Assembly (NCBI GenBank): GCA_965658695.1
Contig: CBFHTR010000002.1
Location: forward strand, 58,843-122,842
Length of the DNA stretch: 64,000 nt
Reading direction: 5' to 3'
Source: Spiribacter sp.
GTDB taxonomy: Bacteria > Pseudomonadota > Gammaproteobacteria > Nitrococcales > Nitrococcaceae
Part shown: in pieces, positions 9,209-24,118 of the stretch
Numbering within the stretch: position 1 is the first letter of the stretch
Layout: each line of letters opens with the position of its first letter
The notes under the pieces: generated by a model
Seen by the model: only the letters and a program-made list of their open reading frames with translations
The model's database searches: none
What the model was told of the DNA's origin: nothing
Program-made: the position numbers and the translations under genes

Positions 9209-10239
9209 ACGTGCCGGATCCAGGTCGATAATGGCTGCTTTTGCCGCCAAAATCGCCAACGCGCAATACCTGGCGAGGTGGTAAACACATCAGAACCGGT
9301 ATCCAAGATGACCTTGCACCCCGGCATACTCAACCATTCCAAGAGCAAGGCTCCAAACTGCTCATCGAATTCCGCCAGGGCGCGCAGCCAACCCTGTGCA
9401 TCGCCGCTCATCAGGGCCCGCTCGGCTCGATCCCACAGAATAACGGTGAAGTCAGCGTCATCAACCGCCCTCAGGGCCTTTTCCGACGCAATCGGAATAC
9501 CCGCAAGCGCTGCCACCCCTTGAGTTAAACCATTATCGCCAATGAGTTGACCGTTGCCCCTGAGCGCAAGTGGTTGCTGCGCGCCTCCTGCCCAGAACCA
9601 AAAGCCATTCACCGCAAGCTCCCCGGCTGCCATTCGACGTTGATTGATCGGGTGGTCATGCAAAAACATCTGAATTTCATTGAGAAGCTGTCGCCAACGC
9701 CGGGCATTCTCATCCGCTGGCATCACGGCATCTAGATAACGCCCAGCGACACGGGTAAGCGGCGGCAAATCGGGCCCTAGGGCTTGGGTCGCGCTGAGCA
9801 CCCATTGGTCTTCATAATATGAAAGTTTTATCTCATCATTAGAATACAAAGCATTGAAATCGCGAGTTAATTCTTCTGCATCCGTGACATTGATCTGTAG
9901 GCCTTCGCCAGCAAATACCAGGACACGGTCACGATCGGCGCGCAAATGCACTGGCGCTGCGCGGTAGTGAACGCCTTGATCATTAAGACCCAAAGCACTA
10001 GCGGCGATTGCACCAGTGGTTGGCCAATCTGCAGTGGTGCTATCAGCAAAAAGCCGCAGTTGGGCCAGAAGTGCGGATTCACTGCTCAGTGGCTCTTTAC
10101 GGGACTGATGTTTGGCGCGAGCTAGAAAGCGGCTTAGGGAATCGCATGCCCCAAGATCACGGACACCATCGGCGAGTGTCGATGGCACCGGACCCAGCAA
10201 AGACGGAGCCAACAGCACGATTTGATGCCGAGGCCCCAT
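9205..10239 (-). CDS. RpfE-like / phosphoglycerate-mutase-domain-like hypothetical protein
   Basis: PVHL..D and LLNEIQMFLHDHPINQRR..G...VNGFWFWAGG motifs; located immediately 5' of recJ. Confidence 0.65.
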   Translation of the reverse strand: MGPRHQIVLLAPSLLGPVPSTLADGVRDLGACDSLSRFLARAKHQSRKEPLSSESALLAQLRLFADSTTADWPTTGAIAASALGLNDQGVHYRAAPVHLRADRDRVLVFAGEGLQINVTDAEELTRDFNALYSNDEIKLSYYEDQWVLSATQALGPDLPPLTRVAGRYLDAVMPADENARRWRQLLNEIQMFLHDHPINQRRMAAGELAVNGFWFWAGGAQQPLALRGNGQLIGDNGLTQGVAALAGIPIASEKALRAVDDADFTVILWDRAERALMSGDAQGWLRALAEFDEQFGALLLEWLSMPGCKVILDTGSDVFTTSPGIARWRFWRQKQPLSTWIRHV

Positions 10240-10242
10240 TGG

Positions 10243-11382
10243 TTAGCGCATCTTACCGAGGATGGCCTCTTCCACCGCGCCGGATTCGGCAGCAAGCGTC
10301 GTAACTGCAGCATCGGCATAGCGCTTTGCCACATCAGGGTCTTTCAAACCGTGACCAGTGAGTGTGCAGACCACCGTGCTGCCCTCTGGAATCTTACCCG
10401 AGCGAATATCGGCAATAGCACCAGCAACCGATACCGCTGAGGCCGGTTCACAGAAAATACCCTCGCGGCTTGTGAGCAGCCATTGCGTCTCAAGGATGGC
10501 TTCGTCATCAAATTCATCAAACCAACCGCCGGATTCATTTGAAGCCGCCAACGCCTGGTCCCAGCTTTGCGGCGCTCCAATGCGAATCGCAGTGGCAATG
10601 GTCTCCGGCTGTTCCACCGGATGGCCGCGCAGGAACGGGGCAGCACCAGAGGCCTGATAACCCACCATGACTGGACGCTCATCCACGGCAGCCTGATGAA
10701 ACTGACAGTCGCCGCCACAGAACTTACAAGCGGCTGTTCCCTGTTGATCAGGCTTGAGGGCCATCTCGCTATAACCCATCCAGTAGGCGGTGATATTGCC
10801 AGCATTTCCCACCGGCAGGCAGTGATAATCCGGCGCGCGGCCGAGGGCCTCGCAAATTTCAAACGCCGCGGTTTTCTGGCCTTGCAGGCGATAAGGATTC
10901 ACGGAATTCACCAGGCTCACGGGCGCGCGCTCAGCCATCTCTTTGACGATACGCATACCGTCATCAAAATTGCCGTGAATTTGCAGCACCTCAGCACCAT
11001 GCATAATCGCCTGAGCGAGTTTGCCCATTGCGATTTTGCCATCTGGAATCAGGACAAAGGCCTTTATACCCGCGCGTGCAGCATAAGCCGCTGCCGATGC
11101 CGATGTATTGCCGGTCGAGGCGCAAATAATCGCTTTGCTGCCCTCAGCAACCGCCTGTGTGACCGCCACCGTCATACCGCGATCTTTAAATGAACCCGTT
11201 GGGTTTAATCCCTCGTATTTCACATACAGCGCAACATCCTTGCCGATATCACGCACCAAGTTATCGAGCCGGATGAGCGGGGTATTACCCTCGCCAAGAC
11301 TGATCGCTTTGGCCTGCTTATCCAGCGGCAAGCGATCGGCGTATTTGCCAATCAGCCCGGTATAGCGCTTACCCATATCCAT
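10243..11382 (-). CDS. thrC: Threonine synthase (short type)
   Basis: [17 protein letters not shown] (PLP Lys), [28 protein letters not shown]. Confidence 0.97.
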   Translation of the reverse strand: MDMGKRYTGLIGKYADRLPLDKQAKAISLGEGNTPLIRLDNLVRDIGKDVALYVKYEGLNPTGSFKDRGMTVAVTQAVAEGSKAIICASTGNTSASAAAYAARAGIKAFVLIPDGKIAMGKLAQAIMHGAEVLQIHGNFDDGMRIVKEMAERAPVSLVNSVNPYRLQGQKTAAFEICEALGRAPDYHCLPVGNAGNITAYWMGYSEMALKPDQQGTAACKFCGGDCQFHQAAVDERPVMVGYQASGAAPFLRGHPVEQPETIATAIRIGAPQSWDQALAASNESGGWFDEFDDEAILETQWLLTSREGIFCEPASAVSVAGAIADIRSGKIPEGSTVVCTLTGHGLKDPDVAKRYADAAVTTLAAESGAVEEAILGKMR

Positions 11383-12704
11383 TACAGCGCCTCCACTCGA
11401 ATACGCGTGATATTGCCGTGCACCGCCTCAAGCGCGGAGATCGACTCCAATGCCTCGTCCATACGAGATTCTTTAACCGGATGGGTGAGCAAAATCACCG
11501 GCACGGTCTCAGCCCCTGGTGCCGGCTGTTTCTGGATGACCGCCTCAATGCTGATGCCTGCACGACTGAGAATCCCGGTGACCTCGGCCAGCACACCCGG
11601 CTCATCCTGCGCTTCAAGTCGCAGGTAATAGGCGGTCTCAACGGCCTCCATACCCACAACCGGCTCATCAGAGAGCGAATGCGCCTGGAAGGCCAAATAC
11701 GGCACCCGATTCTCCGGCTCCAGGGTGAATTCACGCACCACGTCGACCAAATCGGCGACCACCGCCGAGGCCGTCGGCTCAGCACCAGCTCCAGCACCGT
11801 AATACAGCGTTGGGCCAAGGGGATCGGCGTTAACCATCACGGCATTCATGACACCATCGACATTGGCCAATAGCTGCCGCTCTGGCAAGAGCGTCGGATG
11901 CACGCGCAGCGCAATGCCATCGCCCTCACGCCGGCAAATACCCAGATGCTTGATCCGAAACCCCAGCTCCTGAGCGTAAGCCACATCGTCCGTGCTGATC
12001 TGGCCGATACCCTCCATGAATACCTTGTCAAACTGCAGCGGTATACCAAAGGCAATAGAGGCCAGGATGGTGAGCTTATGGGCAGCATCAACGCCCTCGA
12101 CATCAAAGGTGGGATCGGCCTCGGCGTAGCCCAAACGCTGTGCCTCAGCCAGCACATCGCCAAAAGCCCGGCCGGCGTAGAGCATTTCAGTGAGAATGAA
12201 ATTGCTGGTGCCATTGATAATGCCGGCAAGCCACTCGATACGGTTGCCAACCAGGCCCTCACGCACCGCTTTAATAATCGGGATACCGCCGGCCACTGCG
12301 GCCTCAAAACCAATGGTCACGCCTTTCTCACGTGCCCTTGCGAAAATTTCATTGCCATGCAGCGCAATCAAAGCCTTGTTGGCGGTGACAACATGTTTGC
12401 CATTATCAATGGCCCGCAGTGTGAGCTCTTTGGCCAGATCCGTCCCACCAATGAGCTCCACAACAATCTCAATGCTGGGATCATCGACCAGGGCGAATGG
12501 ATCGTAATCCAACTGGATATTCTCGGTGCTGCAAGTCCGCGGCCGATCAGGATGGCGGGCTGCCGCGCGAATCACATCGATTGGACGGCCCGCCCGGCGC
12601 GTGATTTCATCGCGATTGCGCTCGAGCAGATTGACAGTTCCGCCCCCAACAGTACCCAGACCGAGCACCCCTACCTTCACCGGATCCAAATCGCTTACTC
12701 CCAT
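11382..12704 (-). CDS. hom: Homoserine dehydrogenase with C-terminal ACT domain
   Basis: [46 protein letters not shown] domain. Confidence 0.97.
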   Translation of the reverse strand: MGVSDLDPVKVGVLGLGTVGGGTVNLLERNRDEITRRAGRPIDVIRAAARHPDRPRTCSTENIQLDYDPFALVDDPSIEIVVELIGGTDLAKELTLRAIDNGKHVVTANKALIALHGNEIFARAREKGVTIGFEAAVAGGIPIIKAVREGLVGNRIEWLAGIINGTSNFILTEMLYAGRAFGDVLAEAQRLGYAEADPTFDVEGVDAAHKLTILASIAFGIPLQFDKVFMEGIGQISTDDVAYAQELGFRIKHLGICRREGDGIALRVHPTLLPERQLLANVDGVMNAVMVNADPLGPTLYYGAGAGAEPTASAVVADLVDVVREFTLEPENRVPYLAFQAHSLSDEPVVGMEAVETAYYLRLEAQDEPGVLAEVTGILSRAGISIEAVIQKQPAPGAETVPVILLTHPVKESRMDEALESISALEAVHGNITRIRVEAL

Positions 12705-12708
12705 CGTT

Positions 12709-13899
12709 TTAACTACTCAATCCATCACGCCGCAGCATCTGTTTGATCCCGCGCACGGCTTGTCGCGTCCGATGCTGATTCTCAATCAGCCCAAAGCGCA
12801 TGTACTCATCGCCGTATTCACCAAACCCGATCCCCGGAGAGGCCGCCACACCCGCATCACGCAGCAGTTTTTTCGAAAATTCTAACGAACCCATATCTCG
12901 ATAGGCTTCGGGAATTCGCGCCCAGACAAACATGGTTGCCTTAGGCCGAGTCACTGGCCAACCGGCGGCTTCGAGCCCGTCACAAAGGACATCACGCCGG
13001 ACACGATAGGTCTCGCAGATTTCACTGACACAGTCCTGCGGACCCTCAAGCGCCTGAATGGCCGCTACCTGGATGGGGGTGAACATGCCGTAGTCGAGAT
13101 AGGACTTCATGCGCGCCAGTGCGGCAATCAGTTTTTCATTGCCGCACATAAAACCGACTCGCCAACCTGGCATGCTGTAACTTTTGGACAGCGAGAAAGA
13201 CTCCACTGCTACCTCGCGCGCACCTGGCACCTGCAGGATTGAAGGCGCCTGATAGCCGTCGAATACCAGATCGGCATAGGCCAGGTCATGCACAATCCAA
13301 ATACCGTGCTCGCGGCAAATATCCACAACACGCTCAAAAAACGAGAGCTCAACACACTGCGCGGTAGGATTGGCCGGGAAATTAATCACCAGCATCTTCG
13401 GCTTGGGCCAAGTATCTTTAATGGCTTTCTCGAGCTCGCTGAAGAAATCGCCACCCTCCACCAATGGGACATGGCGGATGTCCGCACCAGCAATCACCAC
13501 ACCGTAGGGGTGAATGGGATAGGCGGGATTAGGCACCAAGACGGCGTCGCCCGGGCCCAGCGTGGCGAGCGCAAGATGCGCAAGCCCCTCTTTGGAGCCA
13601 ATCGTCACGATGGCTTCGCTTTCCGGATCAAGCGCGACGTTGTAGCGACTGTGATACCAACGGGTAATGGCACGCCGCAGACGCGGGATACCGCGTGACA
13701 TCGAATAGCGATGGGTGTCCGGCCGCTGCGAGGCCTCGGTGAGCTTGTCGACAATATGTTTAGGTGTCGGCAGATCGGGGTTGCCCATCCCAAAATCGAC
13801 AATATCCTCGCCACGAGCCCGGGCCTGAGCCTTTAACTCATTGACGATATTAAAAACATACGGCGGCAAGCGCTTGATGCGCTGAAAGTCCTCGTTCAA
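12709..13899 (-). CDS. alaC: Alanine transaminase AlaC (PLP class I)
   Basis: [43 protein letters not shown]; TTG start at 13899 chosen by family N-terminus. Confidence 0.9.
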   Translation of the reverse strand: MNEDFQRIKRLPPYVFNIVNELKAQARARGEDIVDFGMGNPDLPTPKHIVDKLTEASQRPDTHRYSMSRGIPRLRRAITRWYHSRYNVALDPESEAIVTIGSKEGLAHLALATLGPGDAVLVPNPAYPIHPYGVVIAGADIRHVPLVEGGDFFSELEKAIKDTWPKPKMLVINFPANPTAQCVELSFFERVVDICREHGIWIVHDLAYADLVFDGYQAPSILQVPGAREVAVESFSLSKSYSMPGWRVGFMCGNEKLIAALARMKSYLDYGMFTPIQVAAIQALEGPQDCVSEICETYRVRRDVLCDGLEAAGWPVTRPKATMFVWARIPEAYRDMGSLEFSKKLLRDAGVAASPGIGFGEYGDEYMRFGLIENQHRTRQAVRGIKQMLRRDGLSS

Positions 13900-14012
13900 G
13901 GCAACCCCCACTAAATTTCTGTCATCCCCCATGATAACTGCTTGCTGCAAAAAATGCCGTGATTTCCGGGCCATGGTTGCTGTCCCATAGTCTCTGCCGC
14001 TATGGTGTTTTT

Positions 14013-14387
14013 ATGCAGATTAGTCTCGACAGCACTGAAGGCGTCTACCGCATTCTCGGCTACGCCGATGGCAAAATCCAAATTAACGACCAGCACTATC
14101 AGAGAAGTCTGCTGGTCATGCCGGACACGTTGGTGGACGACTGGGGCCCTGACAGCGTCAAAACGCTGCAATCTGAACACCTGCAAGCCGTGCGTTCACT
14201 CGAGCCTGAGGTCGTGCTGCTTGGCACCGGCCATCATCAAGTATTCCCAGAAAGGGCCCTGATGCGGGAGCTACTCACCGCCGGTGTCGGACTTGAGATA
14301 ATGGATACCGCCTCGGCCTGCAGGACATACAACATCCTCATGGGCGAAGGCCGGCGTGTTGTCGCGGCACTGATTATCGAGGCTTGA
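14013..14387 (+). CDS. Mth938-like domain protein (DUF498)
   Basis: PEVVLLGTG...GVGLEIMDTASACRTYNILMGEGRRVVAAL. Confidence 0.9.
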   Translation: MQISLDSTEGVYRILGYADGKIQINDQHYQRSLLVMPDTLVDDWGPDSVKTLQSEHLQAVRSLEPEVVLLGTGHHQVFPERALMRELLTAGVGLEIMDTASACRTYNILMGEGRRVVAALIIEA

Positions 14388-14393
14388 TACTTA

Positions 14394-15113
14394 TCAGGGC
14401 AGATATTTGGCCGGGTTGACCGGCTGACCACGTTCTCTGACCTCAAAATGCAGTTCGGCCGGATAGTCAGCGCTCGCACCCATGCGCGCGATCGCATCCC
14501 CGGCTGCCACCCGATCACCCTCGCCAACCAGCAGCTCCCGGTTATATCCGTAGGCGGTCAGAAACTGCTCGCTGTGTTTGATGATAATGAGATTGCCGTA
14601 GCCACGCAGTCCACTGCCGCTGTAGACCACATCCCCGGCAGCGGCAGCCTTGATAGTCTCACCCGGCTCGCCAGCAATACCGACACCCCGTTTGCCCAAA
14701 GCATCTGGATCATAACGACGCACCAATCGACCCTCGACCGGCCACTGCCAGGCAATTGGCCCCGTCAGTGGCTCAACACGCACGCTTGAGTCACCAACCC
14801 GCGCTGGTGCGCTGCTGCGAGTGTTAGAGACCGAAGCAGTGCTGGACGAGGCCTGTCCACGCAGAGAAAGCCTTTGCCCCGGGTAGATCACATACGGTGG
14901 CGATATCCCATTCCATGCGGCAAGGTCGCGAAAATCAACACCATGCGCCCAGGCAATCTGATACAGCGTGTCCCCTTGTTGCACGGCATGCACCGCAGGT
15001 GAGCCACGCACAATCGCCCCCTCACGCAGATGCCGGTCACTGGCGTAATCAAACTCGCTGCAGCCGGTAAGCAGCAAAAGCCCAATCACAACGATCCAGC
15101 GGATGCGATTCAT
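14394..15113 (-). CDS. nlpD: NlpD-like LysM + degenerate M23 lipoprotein
   Basis: LTGC lipobox, LysM (VQQGDTLYQIA), M23 fold with degenerate Zn ligands (KRGVGI, AYGYN, LHFE); follows surE-pcm-yqaA. Confidence 0.85.
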   Translation of the reverse strand: MNRIRWIVVIGLLLLTGCSEFDYASDRHLREGAIVRGSPAVHAVQQGDTLYQIAWAHGVDFRDLAAWNGISPPYVIYPGQRLSLRGQASSSTASVSNTRSSAPARVGDSSVRVEPLTGPIAWQWPVEGRLVRRYDPDALGKRGVGIAGEPGETIKAAAAGDVVYSGSGLRGYGNLIIIKHSEQFLTAYGYNRELLVGEGDRVAAGDAIARMGASADYPAELHFEVRERGQPVNPAKYLP

Positions 15114-15688
15114 AACGAGAAATAAATGACAGCTAGCAACAATAGCGCGACAGTGCCCCAGCCCAGACGCTCCATATAGCGGCGCAACAAAGGCTCCAGC
15201 CTTGGCCCGCCCCAGGCCAGCAATCCCGCCACCAAATAAAAACGCGCGCCACGGCCAATCAGTGAGGCCACGATGAAAGGCAGCCAGGCAATGGCCATTG
15301 CACCGCCGGCAATCGTGAACACTTTATAGGGAATCGGTGAAAAACCCGCCACCAACACCACCCAGAAACCCCACCGTGTAAACCAGTCCTGTGCAAGTGC
15401 ATAGGCATCGGAGTACCCGGCTTCAATAATCAACGGCAGCACAAGCTCAAGGCCGAGCATACCGATGAGGTAACCCAGCACACCGCCTGCGACAGAGGCG
15501 ATTGTAGTAATCCCGGCCAGCCGCATGGCCCGCTGCGGCCTTGCCATGCTCATTGGCGCAAGCATCACATCGGGCGGGATCGGGAAGAAGGAGGACTCGG
15601 CAAAACTTAAGGTTGCCAGCAACCAGGGCGCACGGCGATGGGCAGACCAGGCAAGCACCCGATCATAAAGCGTAGTGAACAGCATCAA
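15110..15688 (-). CDS. YqaA/DedA-family membrane protein
   Basis: SFAESSFFPIPPD, GFSPIPYKVFTI, GRGARF. Confidence 0.9.
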   Translation of the reverse strand: MMLFTTLYDRVLAWSAHRRAPWLLATLSFAESSFFPIPPDVMLAPMSMARPQRAMRLAGITTIASVAGGVLGYLIGMLGLELVLPLIIEAGYSDAYALAQDWFTRWGFWVVLVAGFSPIPYKVFTIAGGAMAIAWLPFIVASLIGRGARFYLVAGLLAWGGPRLEPLLRRYMERLGWGTVALLLLAVIYFSL

Positions 15689-16350
15689 CGCTCGGTTCCC
15701 TCCAGCATTGGCACAAATGTCACGGCCTCCACCGCCTCTTCATGAATTTCATCGCCCTCACGCCGATACACAATCAGCCGCTGGCCCCGATCATCACCAA
15801 CGGGTGCGAGCAGCTGCCCGCCATCTTTTAGCTGATCAAATAATACCGGCGGGATCACGGCCGGTGCAGCAGTGAGTAAAATGGCGTCAAACGGTGCCTC
15901 ACCGGGCCAGCCAAGATGCCCATCACCAAGACGCTGACGGATATTGTGAATCCCCAGCTGCCGGAAGATCGATTGGCTGCGCGTATGTAATGCGCGAATG
16001 CGCTCGATGGTAAAAAGCTGGGGCACCAATGCCGCCAATATGGCTGCCTGGTATCCAGAGCCGGTACCAATCTCAAGGACCTTTTGCGGAATACCGTAAC
16101 GGATCAAAATCTCGGTCATCCGTGCGACGACAAAAGGCTGAGAAATCGTCTGGCCATGCCCGATGGGTAAGGCCGTATCCTCGTACGCTCTTGAGGCGAG
16201 GGCCTCATCCACAAATAAATGTCTTGGAATCTGACGGATGATATTCAGCACATGCACATCAGTGATGCCAGCATCACCCAGTCGGGCAGCCAGGCGCTCC
16301 CGCGTGCGCCGCGACGTCATGCCGATACCCTGAAGGCGCCGTGCATCCAT
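15685..16350 (-). CDS. pcm: Protein-L-isoaspartate O-methyltransferase
   Basis: IPRHLF, PIGHGQTISQP, LEIGTGSGYQ, FVPM. Confidence 0.96.
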   Translation of the reverse strand: MDARRLQGIGMTSRRTRERLAARLGDAGITDVHVLNIIRQIPRHLFVDEALASRAYEDTALPIGHGQTISQPFVVARMTEILIRYGIPQKVLEIGTGSGYQAAILAALVPQLFTIERIRALHTRSQSIFRQLGIHNIRQRLGDGHLGWPGEAPFDAILLTAAPAVIPPVLFDQLKDGGQLLAPVGDDRGQRLIVYRREGDEIHEEAVEAVTFVPMLEGTER

Positions 16351-16352
16351 AC

Positions 16353-17099
16353 CTATAGCCCTGAGACCCAACCGGCGATCTGGTCGAGGGCCGTATACCG
16401 GGTAAGATCCACTTCAATGGGCGTAACCGAGACAAAGCCACGGTTGATCGCATCAAAGTCCGTGCCCGGGCCGGCGTCCTGCTGCGCCCCGGGTGGGCCA
16501 ATCCAATAGATCGGGCGTCCACGTGGGTCCTGAGCTGCAATGGCGGCTTCGGCGCGATGCCGTTGCCCGAGCCGGGTCGCCTCGATGCCGGCAATCTGCG
16601 CGAGCGGCAGGTCCGGGACATTAACATTGAGAATAGTATCCGCCGGCAGCGGTTTGTCGTTGAGTTGCCGCATCAGGCGGCAGGCAATTTCCGCGGCAGT
16701 CTCATAGTGCTCGGGCTCATGACCAACCAATGAAATGGCAATCGCAGGCAACCCCAGGGTTCTGCCCTCCATCGCGGCGGCCACCGTGCCGCTGTAGAGC
16801 ACATCATCACCCAGATTTGCCCCGGCATTAATACCCGAGACCACCATATCCGGGACATGATCCAACAGCCCGGTAATGGCCAGGTGAACACAATCGGTGG
16901 GGGTGCCTTCGACCCGGTAGACACCGGCTTCGCTTTCGGCGACACGAATGGGCCACTCCAGCGTCAGGGAATTACTGGCACCACTGCGATCACGCTCTGG
17001 CGCCACGATGGTCACCTGCGCGTTATTCCGCAGCGCATCAGCCAGTGCCCTGATGCCCACCGATCCGTAGCCATCATCGTTGCTGACGAGAATTCTCAT
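16353..17099 (-). CDS. surE: 5'/3'-nucleotidase SurE
   Basis: [33 protein letters not shown]. Confidence 0.97.
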   Translation of the reverse strand: MRILVSNDDGYGSVGIRALADALRNNAQVTIVAPERDRSGASNSLTLEWPIRVAESEAGVYRVEGTPTDCVHLAITGLLDHVPDMVVSGINAGANLGDDVLYSGTVAAAMEGRTLGLPAIAISLVGHEPEHYETAAEIACRLMRQLNDKPLPADTILNVNVPDLPLAQIAGIEATRLGQRHRAEAAIAAQDPRGRPIYWIGPPGAQQDAGPGTDFDAINRGFVSVTPIEVDLTRYTALDQIAGWVSGL

Positions 17100-17169
17100 A
17101 CCGGCCCCTTGCCTACAAGCTTTAATGCCCGTGTACTATACCGATCCGCAACCTTCGCGGGAGCGAATA

Positions 17170-17706
17170 ATGCAAAGCGACGACCCAGATACCGCGTTGT
17201 TCCGGGCCGCCATGGATGATGTGCGACCGCTGCGTGACCGGCAAAAAGCCGATCTGCGCCGTCGTCCGCCACCGCCCATACCCGGGCAGCGACATGCCGA
17301 TGACCGAGCGGTACTGCGTGAGCTCGCAAGCGGCGAACAAGACGAAAACCCGCTTGGTGTCGAACTTGGCGAGGCGCTTGCCTTTGCTCGTCCCGGTCTA
17401 CAACGGCGAACACTGCGTCGCCTGCGGCGCGGAGAATTCAGCATCATGGCCGAGCTTGATTTGCATGGCCATACCGTCGATTCGGCTCGGCGATTGCTGA
17501 GTGACTTCCTCATCGAATGCCAGCGCCGTCATTTGGGTTGTGTGCGCGTGATTCATGGCAAGGGTAAACGCTCATCCAACAACGGCCCTGTGCTCAAAGG
17601 CCAGGTTGATCGCTGGCTGCGGCAGCGAGATGATGTGTTGGCCTTCTGCTCGGCCCGTCCAGTCGATGGCGGCACCGGCGCGCTCTATGTGCTGTTGCGA
17701 CGTTAG
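17170..17706 (+). CDS. Stand-alone Smr/MutS2-domain endonuclease (SmrA/SmrB-like)
   Basis: LFRAAMDDVRPL, LDLHG, VIHGKG, GGTGALYVLL. Confidence 0.92.
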   Translation: MQSDDPDTALFRAAMDDVRPLRDRQKADLRRRPPPPIPGQRHADDRAVLRELASGEQDENPLGVELGEALAFARPGLQRRTLRRLRRGEFSIMAELDLHGHTVDSARRLLSDFLIECQRRHLGCVRVIHGKGKRSSNNGPVLKGQVDRWLRQRDDVLAFCSARPVDGGTGALYVLLRR

Positions 17707-17711
17707 GCGTT

Positions 17712-18767
17712 TCACGGCGATTCCCAATTGAAAATTTCCCTGAGCACCGTGGTGGCATAGCAGCCTTTGGCCAGCGAAAAATCCAGCAACAGCTCACCCT
17801 CGCTTGGCCAATGCCAAACCATGTTACCAACGGCAAGCCGTAGTGCACGTCGGGCGGCTTCTACTTTCTGCTCACATAGACCTTGCACAAGTAAAGCATA
17901 GTCGTTGAGCACCGCAGCCTCGCGCTCAGCAAGCTCTGGGCTTAGCGTCACGCCCTTACGCGCCAGGCCGGGTAGTGGCCCGGTTGGATGCACCCGCAGA
18001 CCCGCCGCCCTTGCGGCCAGCCGGGTGGCTGGTTCGCTATCACCGGCAAATAAACTGCCGCGGCCATCCAACACCATAAGATCCGCCGGGCCGGGCTGTA
18101 TCCAGTCGCCCTTGGCTACGCGATCGGCCAATACGGCGTTAAAGCAGCCACTGCGCGCCGCTGATAGCAACATGCTGCGCTCTGATCGATGACGCGGCCG
18201 ATAACGCCCAGCAAACCAATCAGCCACGAGCTGCAAATTGCGGGCATCTTTGCCAAATCGTTGACCGCCAAAATAATTGGGCACACCAGCAACGGCAATT
18301 TGCTGCAAGCGCTTGTTAACCAGCGCTTGGCTGGCAGTAAGCTGCCGCAGTCGTAACCGAAATCGATTACTGACTAATGCACCAACGGGCAGCTTACGGC
18401 GATGCCGGGCACAGCTGCGCACCAACAACCTTTTACCCTGTTCTTCGTTGTTGGTGATTATCTCGGCGGGAGGCAGCGACGCCTGGATAGGCCAGGGAAC
18501 AGACAGCCATTGCCGAGTAACCGCCTCACGGTCTTTACGCCCGGCATAGCCGACATCTCTGGGTTTTACCTGCCAATGCCCGGCGAGTGTCCGAATCGCC
18601 TCGGTGGTACTCATTCGACATTTCTCGATTTGCACTAGCAAATGCGGCCCGTCTCCACTGGCGGCAAACGCGATCTGTTCATCAACAAAAAAATCCTCTG
18701 GCTCTGAGGCCACCGTCGCGTTGCCAAGCGGTTCTCCCCAGGCTCTTGGGGGTAGAGACTGGGTCAT
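17712..18767 (-). CDS. truD: tRNA pseudouridine(13) synthase
   Basis: [43 protein letters not shown]. Confidence 0.95.
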   Translation of the reverse strand: MTQSLPPRAWGEPLGNATVASEPEDFFVDEQIAFAASGDGPHLLVQIEKCRMSTTEAIRTLAGHWQVKPRDVGYAGRKDREAVTRQWLSVPWPIQASLPPAEIITNNEEQGKRLLVRSCARHRRKLPVGALVSNRFRLRLRQLTASQALVNKRLQQIAVAGVPNYFGGQRFGKDARNLQLVADWFAGRYRPRHRSERSMLLSAARSGCFNAVLADRVAKGDWIQPGPADLMVLDGRGSLFAGDSEPATRLAARAAGLRVHPTGPLPGLARKGVTLSPELAEREAAVLNDYALLVQGLCEQKVEAARRALRLAVGNMVWHWPSEGELLLDFSLAKGCYATTVLREIFNWESP

Positions 18768-19243
18768 TTAATGCTCAGCAAGACAACTGCCGTGGCAGCG
18801 ATGCCCTCGCCTCTGCCGGTAAAGCCCATCCACTCCATGGTGGTGGCCTTGAGGTTGATCTGGCCGGGGGTAATTGCAAGATCCTCAGCGATGTTGGCCT
18901 GCATTGCCGCCAGATAAGGCTGGAGTTTGGGCCGCTGAGCGATGATGGTGGCATCGATATTGTTAAGCGTACTGCCCTGCTCGCGGCATTGAGCAAAAGC
19001 TAAGCGCAACAGCACGCGGCTGTCGGCATCCTTGAAGCTGGGATCAGTATCAGGGAAATGCTGGCCGATATCCCCAAGGCCGGCCGCCCCCAAAAGCGCA
19101 TCAGTAATCGCATGCAAGAGGACATCACCATCGGAATGAGCAGCAAGCCCCAGTTCGAAGGGTACGGTGACACCGCCTAAAACCAGCGGCCGCTCCGCGA
19201 CCAATCGATGGGCATCCACGCCCTGTCCAATGCGTATATTCAT
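18764..19243 (-). CDS. ispF: 2-C-methyl-D-erythritol 2,4-cyclodiphosphate synthase
   Basis: [41 protein letters not shown]. Confidence 0.97.
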   Translation of the reverse strand: MNIRIGQGVDAHRLVAERPLVLGGVTVPFELGLAAHSDGDVLLHAITDALLGAAGLGDIGQHFPDTDPSFKDADSRVLLRLAFAQCREQGSTLNNIDATIIAQRPKLQPYLAAMQANIAEDLAITPGQINLKATTMEWMGFTGRGEGIAATAVVLLSIK

Positions 19244-19965
19244 ACTCCGTGCTTACCCTCGCCAGCGAGGATGCATTCGAGCCACGCCAGATCTTGTTGA
19301 TAGGTATATTTCACATTCTGCGGGCTTCCCGGAATCAGTTGCGGCTGCCAGCCGGCCCGCTCCATGGCTTGAGACTCATCCGTTGGCGCAGTGTCGTTAT
19401 GTACAGTCAGCGCCGCAAGCAAACTGGCAAGCGGGAATAACTGTGGGGTCATCGCCTGCCACAGCCCCTCGCGCGCAATCGTCTCACTCACCCGAGTCTC
19501 GGCACCCGAGCGTTTAATGGTATCCCGCACCGGTGCGGCGAGTAGACCGCCATGAGGATCACCACCCACCCGATCAATCAGGTTATGAATATCACCGGCT
19601 GAGACGGCCGGCCGGGCAGCATCATGGACTAAGACGCGATCGCTATCAGCAGCGCCGCAGTCTTGCTGCAGCGCACGCAGTCCCGCGACAACGGAATCAC
19701 TGCGCTCGGCACCACCAATGGTGGTTTTTACTCGCTTGTCCAATGCCCAGTCGCACTGCTGCCAAACCGTATCCTCAGCCGCCACAACCAGCATCAACCC
19801 CTGAAGCCGTGGTGTCTGCAGCAAGGCATCCACAGACCAATCGATCACTCGACGGCCAGCCAGCGGGTGATACTGCTTAGGCGCACCTTGACCGGTGCGC
19901 TCGCCGCGGCCGGCGGCCACGATCAGCCCCCAGAGCGAACTATTCGGATTGCGGTTCGATGACAC
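19240..19965 (-). CDS. ispD: 2-C-methyl-D-erythritol 4-phosphate cytidylyltransferase
   Basis: AAGRGER...[30 protein letters not shown]; start uncertain (GTG 19965 or ATG 19986). Confidence 0.93.
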   Translation of the reverse strand: MSSNRNPNSSLWGLIVAAGRGERTGQGAPKQYHPLAGRRVIDWSVDALLQTPRLQGLMLVVAAEDTVWQQCDWALDKRVKTTIGGAERSDSVVAGLRALQQDCGAADSDRVLVHDAARPAVSAGDIHNLIDRVGGDPHGGLLAAPVRDTIKRSGAETRVSETIAREGLWQAMTPQLFPLASLLAALTVHNDTAPTDESQAMERAGWQPQLIPGSPQNVKYTYQQDLAWLECILAGEGKHGV

Positions 19966-20220
19966 GATAGAAATGCTCATCTTCACCGATCAGGCCTAAA
20001 TCACGCCGGGCCCGTTCTTCTATGCCCTCAAGCCCAGCGCGTAAATCGGCAACGTCCGCAGCCAATGCACGATTGCGCTCATCCAGGCCGGCGTTATCCG
20101 CCTCCTGAGACTGCACTGCCGCCTGCAACCGAAGCATCTCCGGGATACTGCCATCACCCCACCAGAGGCGGGACTGCAAAACCAGCAGAAGCAACAGCAG
20201 CCCAGCGGCAAGCCACCGCA

Positions 20221-20221
<1 letters not shown>
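19940..20221 (-). CDS. ftsB: Cell division protein FtsB
   Basis: N-terminal TM, LWWGDG, RN..L.A.V.DL, IEERARRDLG; between eno and ispD. Confidence 0.93.
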
Positions 20222-24031
<3,810 letters not shown>

Positions 24032-24118
24032 CTACTGGCGAATCGTGGCAGCGGGAGGCCGCCACAGGACGGGCGTCAATGGTAGCGGAACACTGAGGGG
24101 GGCACAACGTAACCGGCA

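Noticed and set aside
14394-14760. NlpD M23 domain lacking Zn ligands as a pseudogene sign
   Set aside because: Degenerate LytM domains are normal for NlpD-type amidase activators, and the frame is intact.
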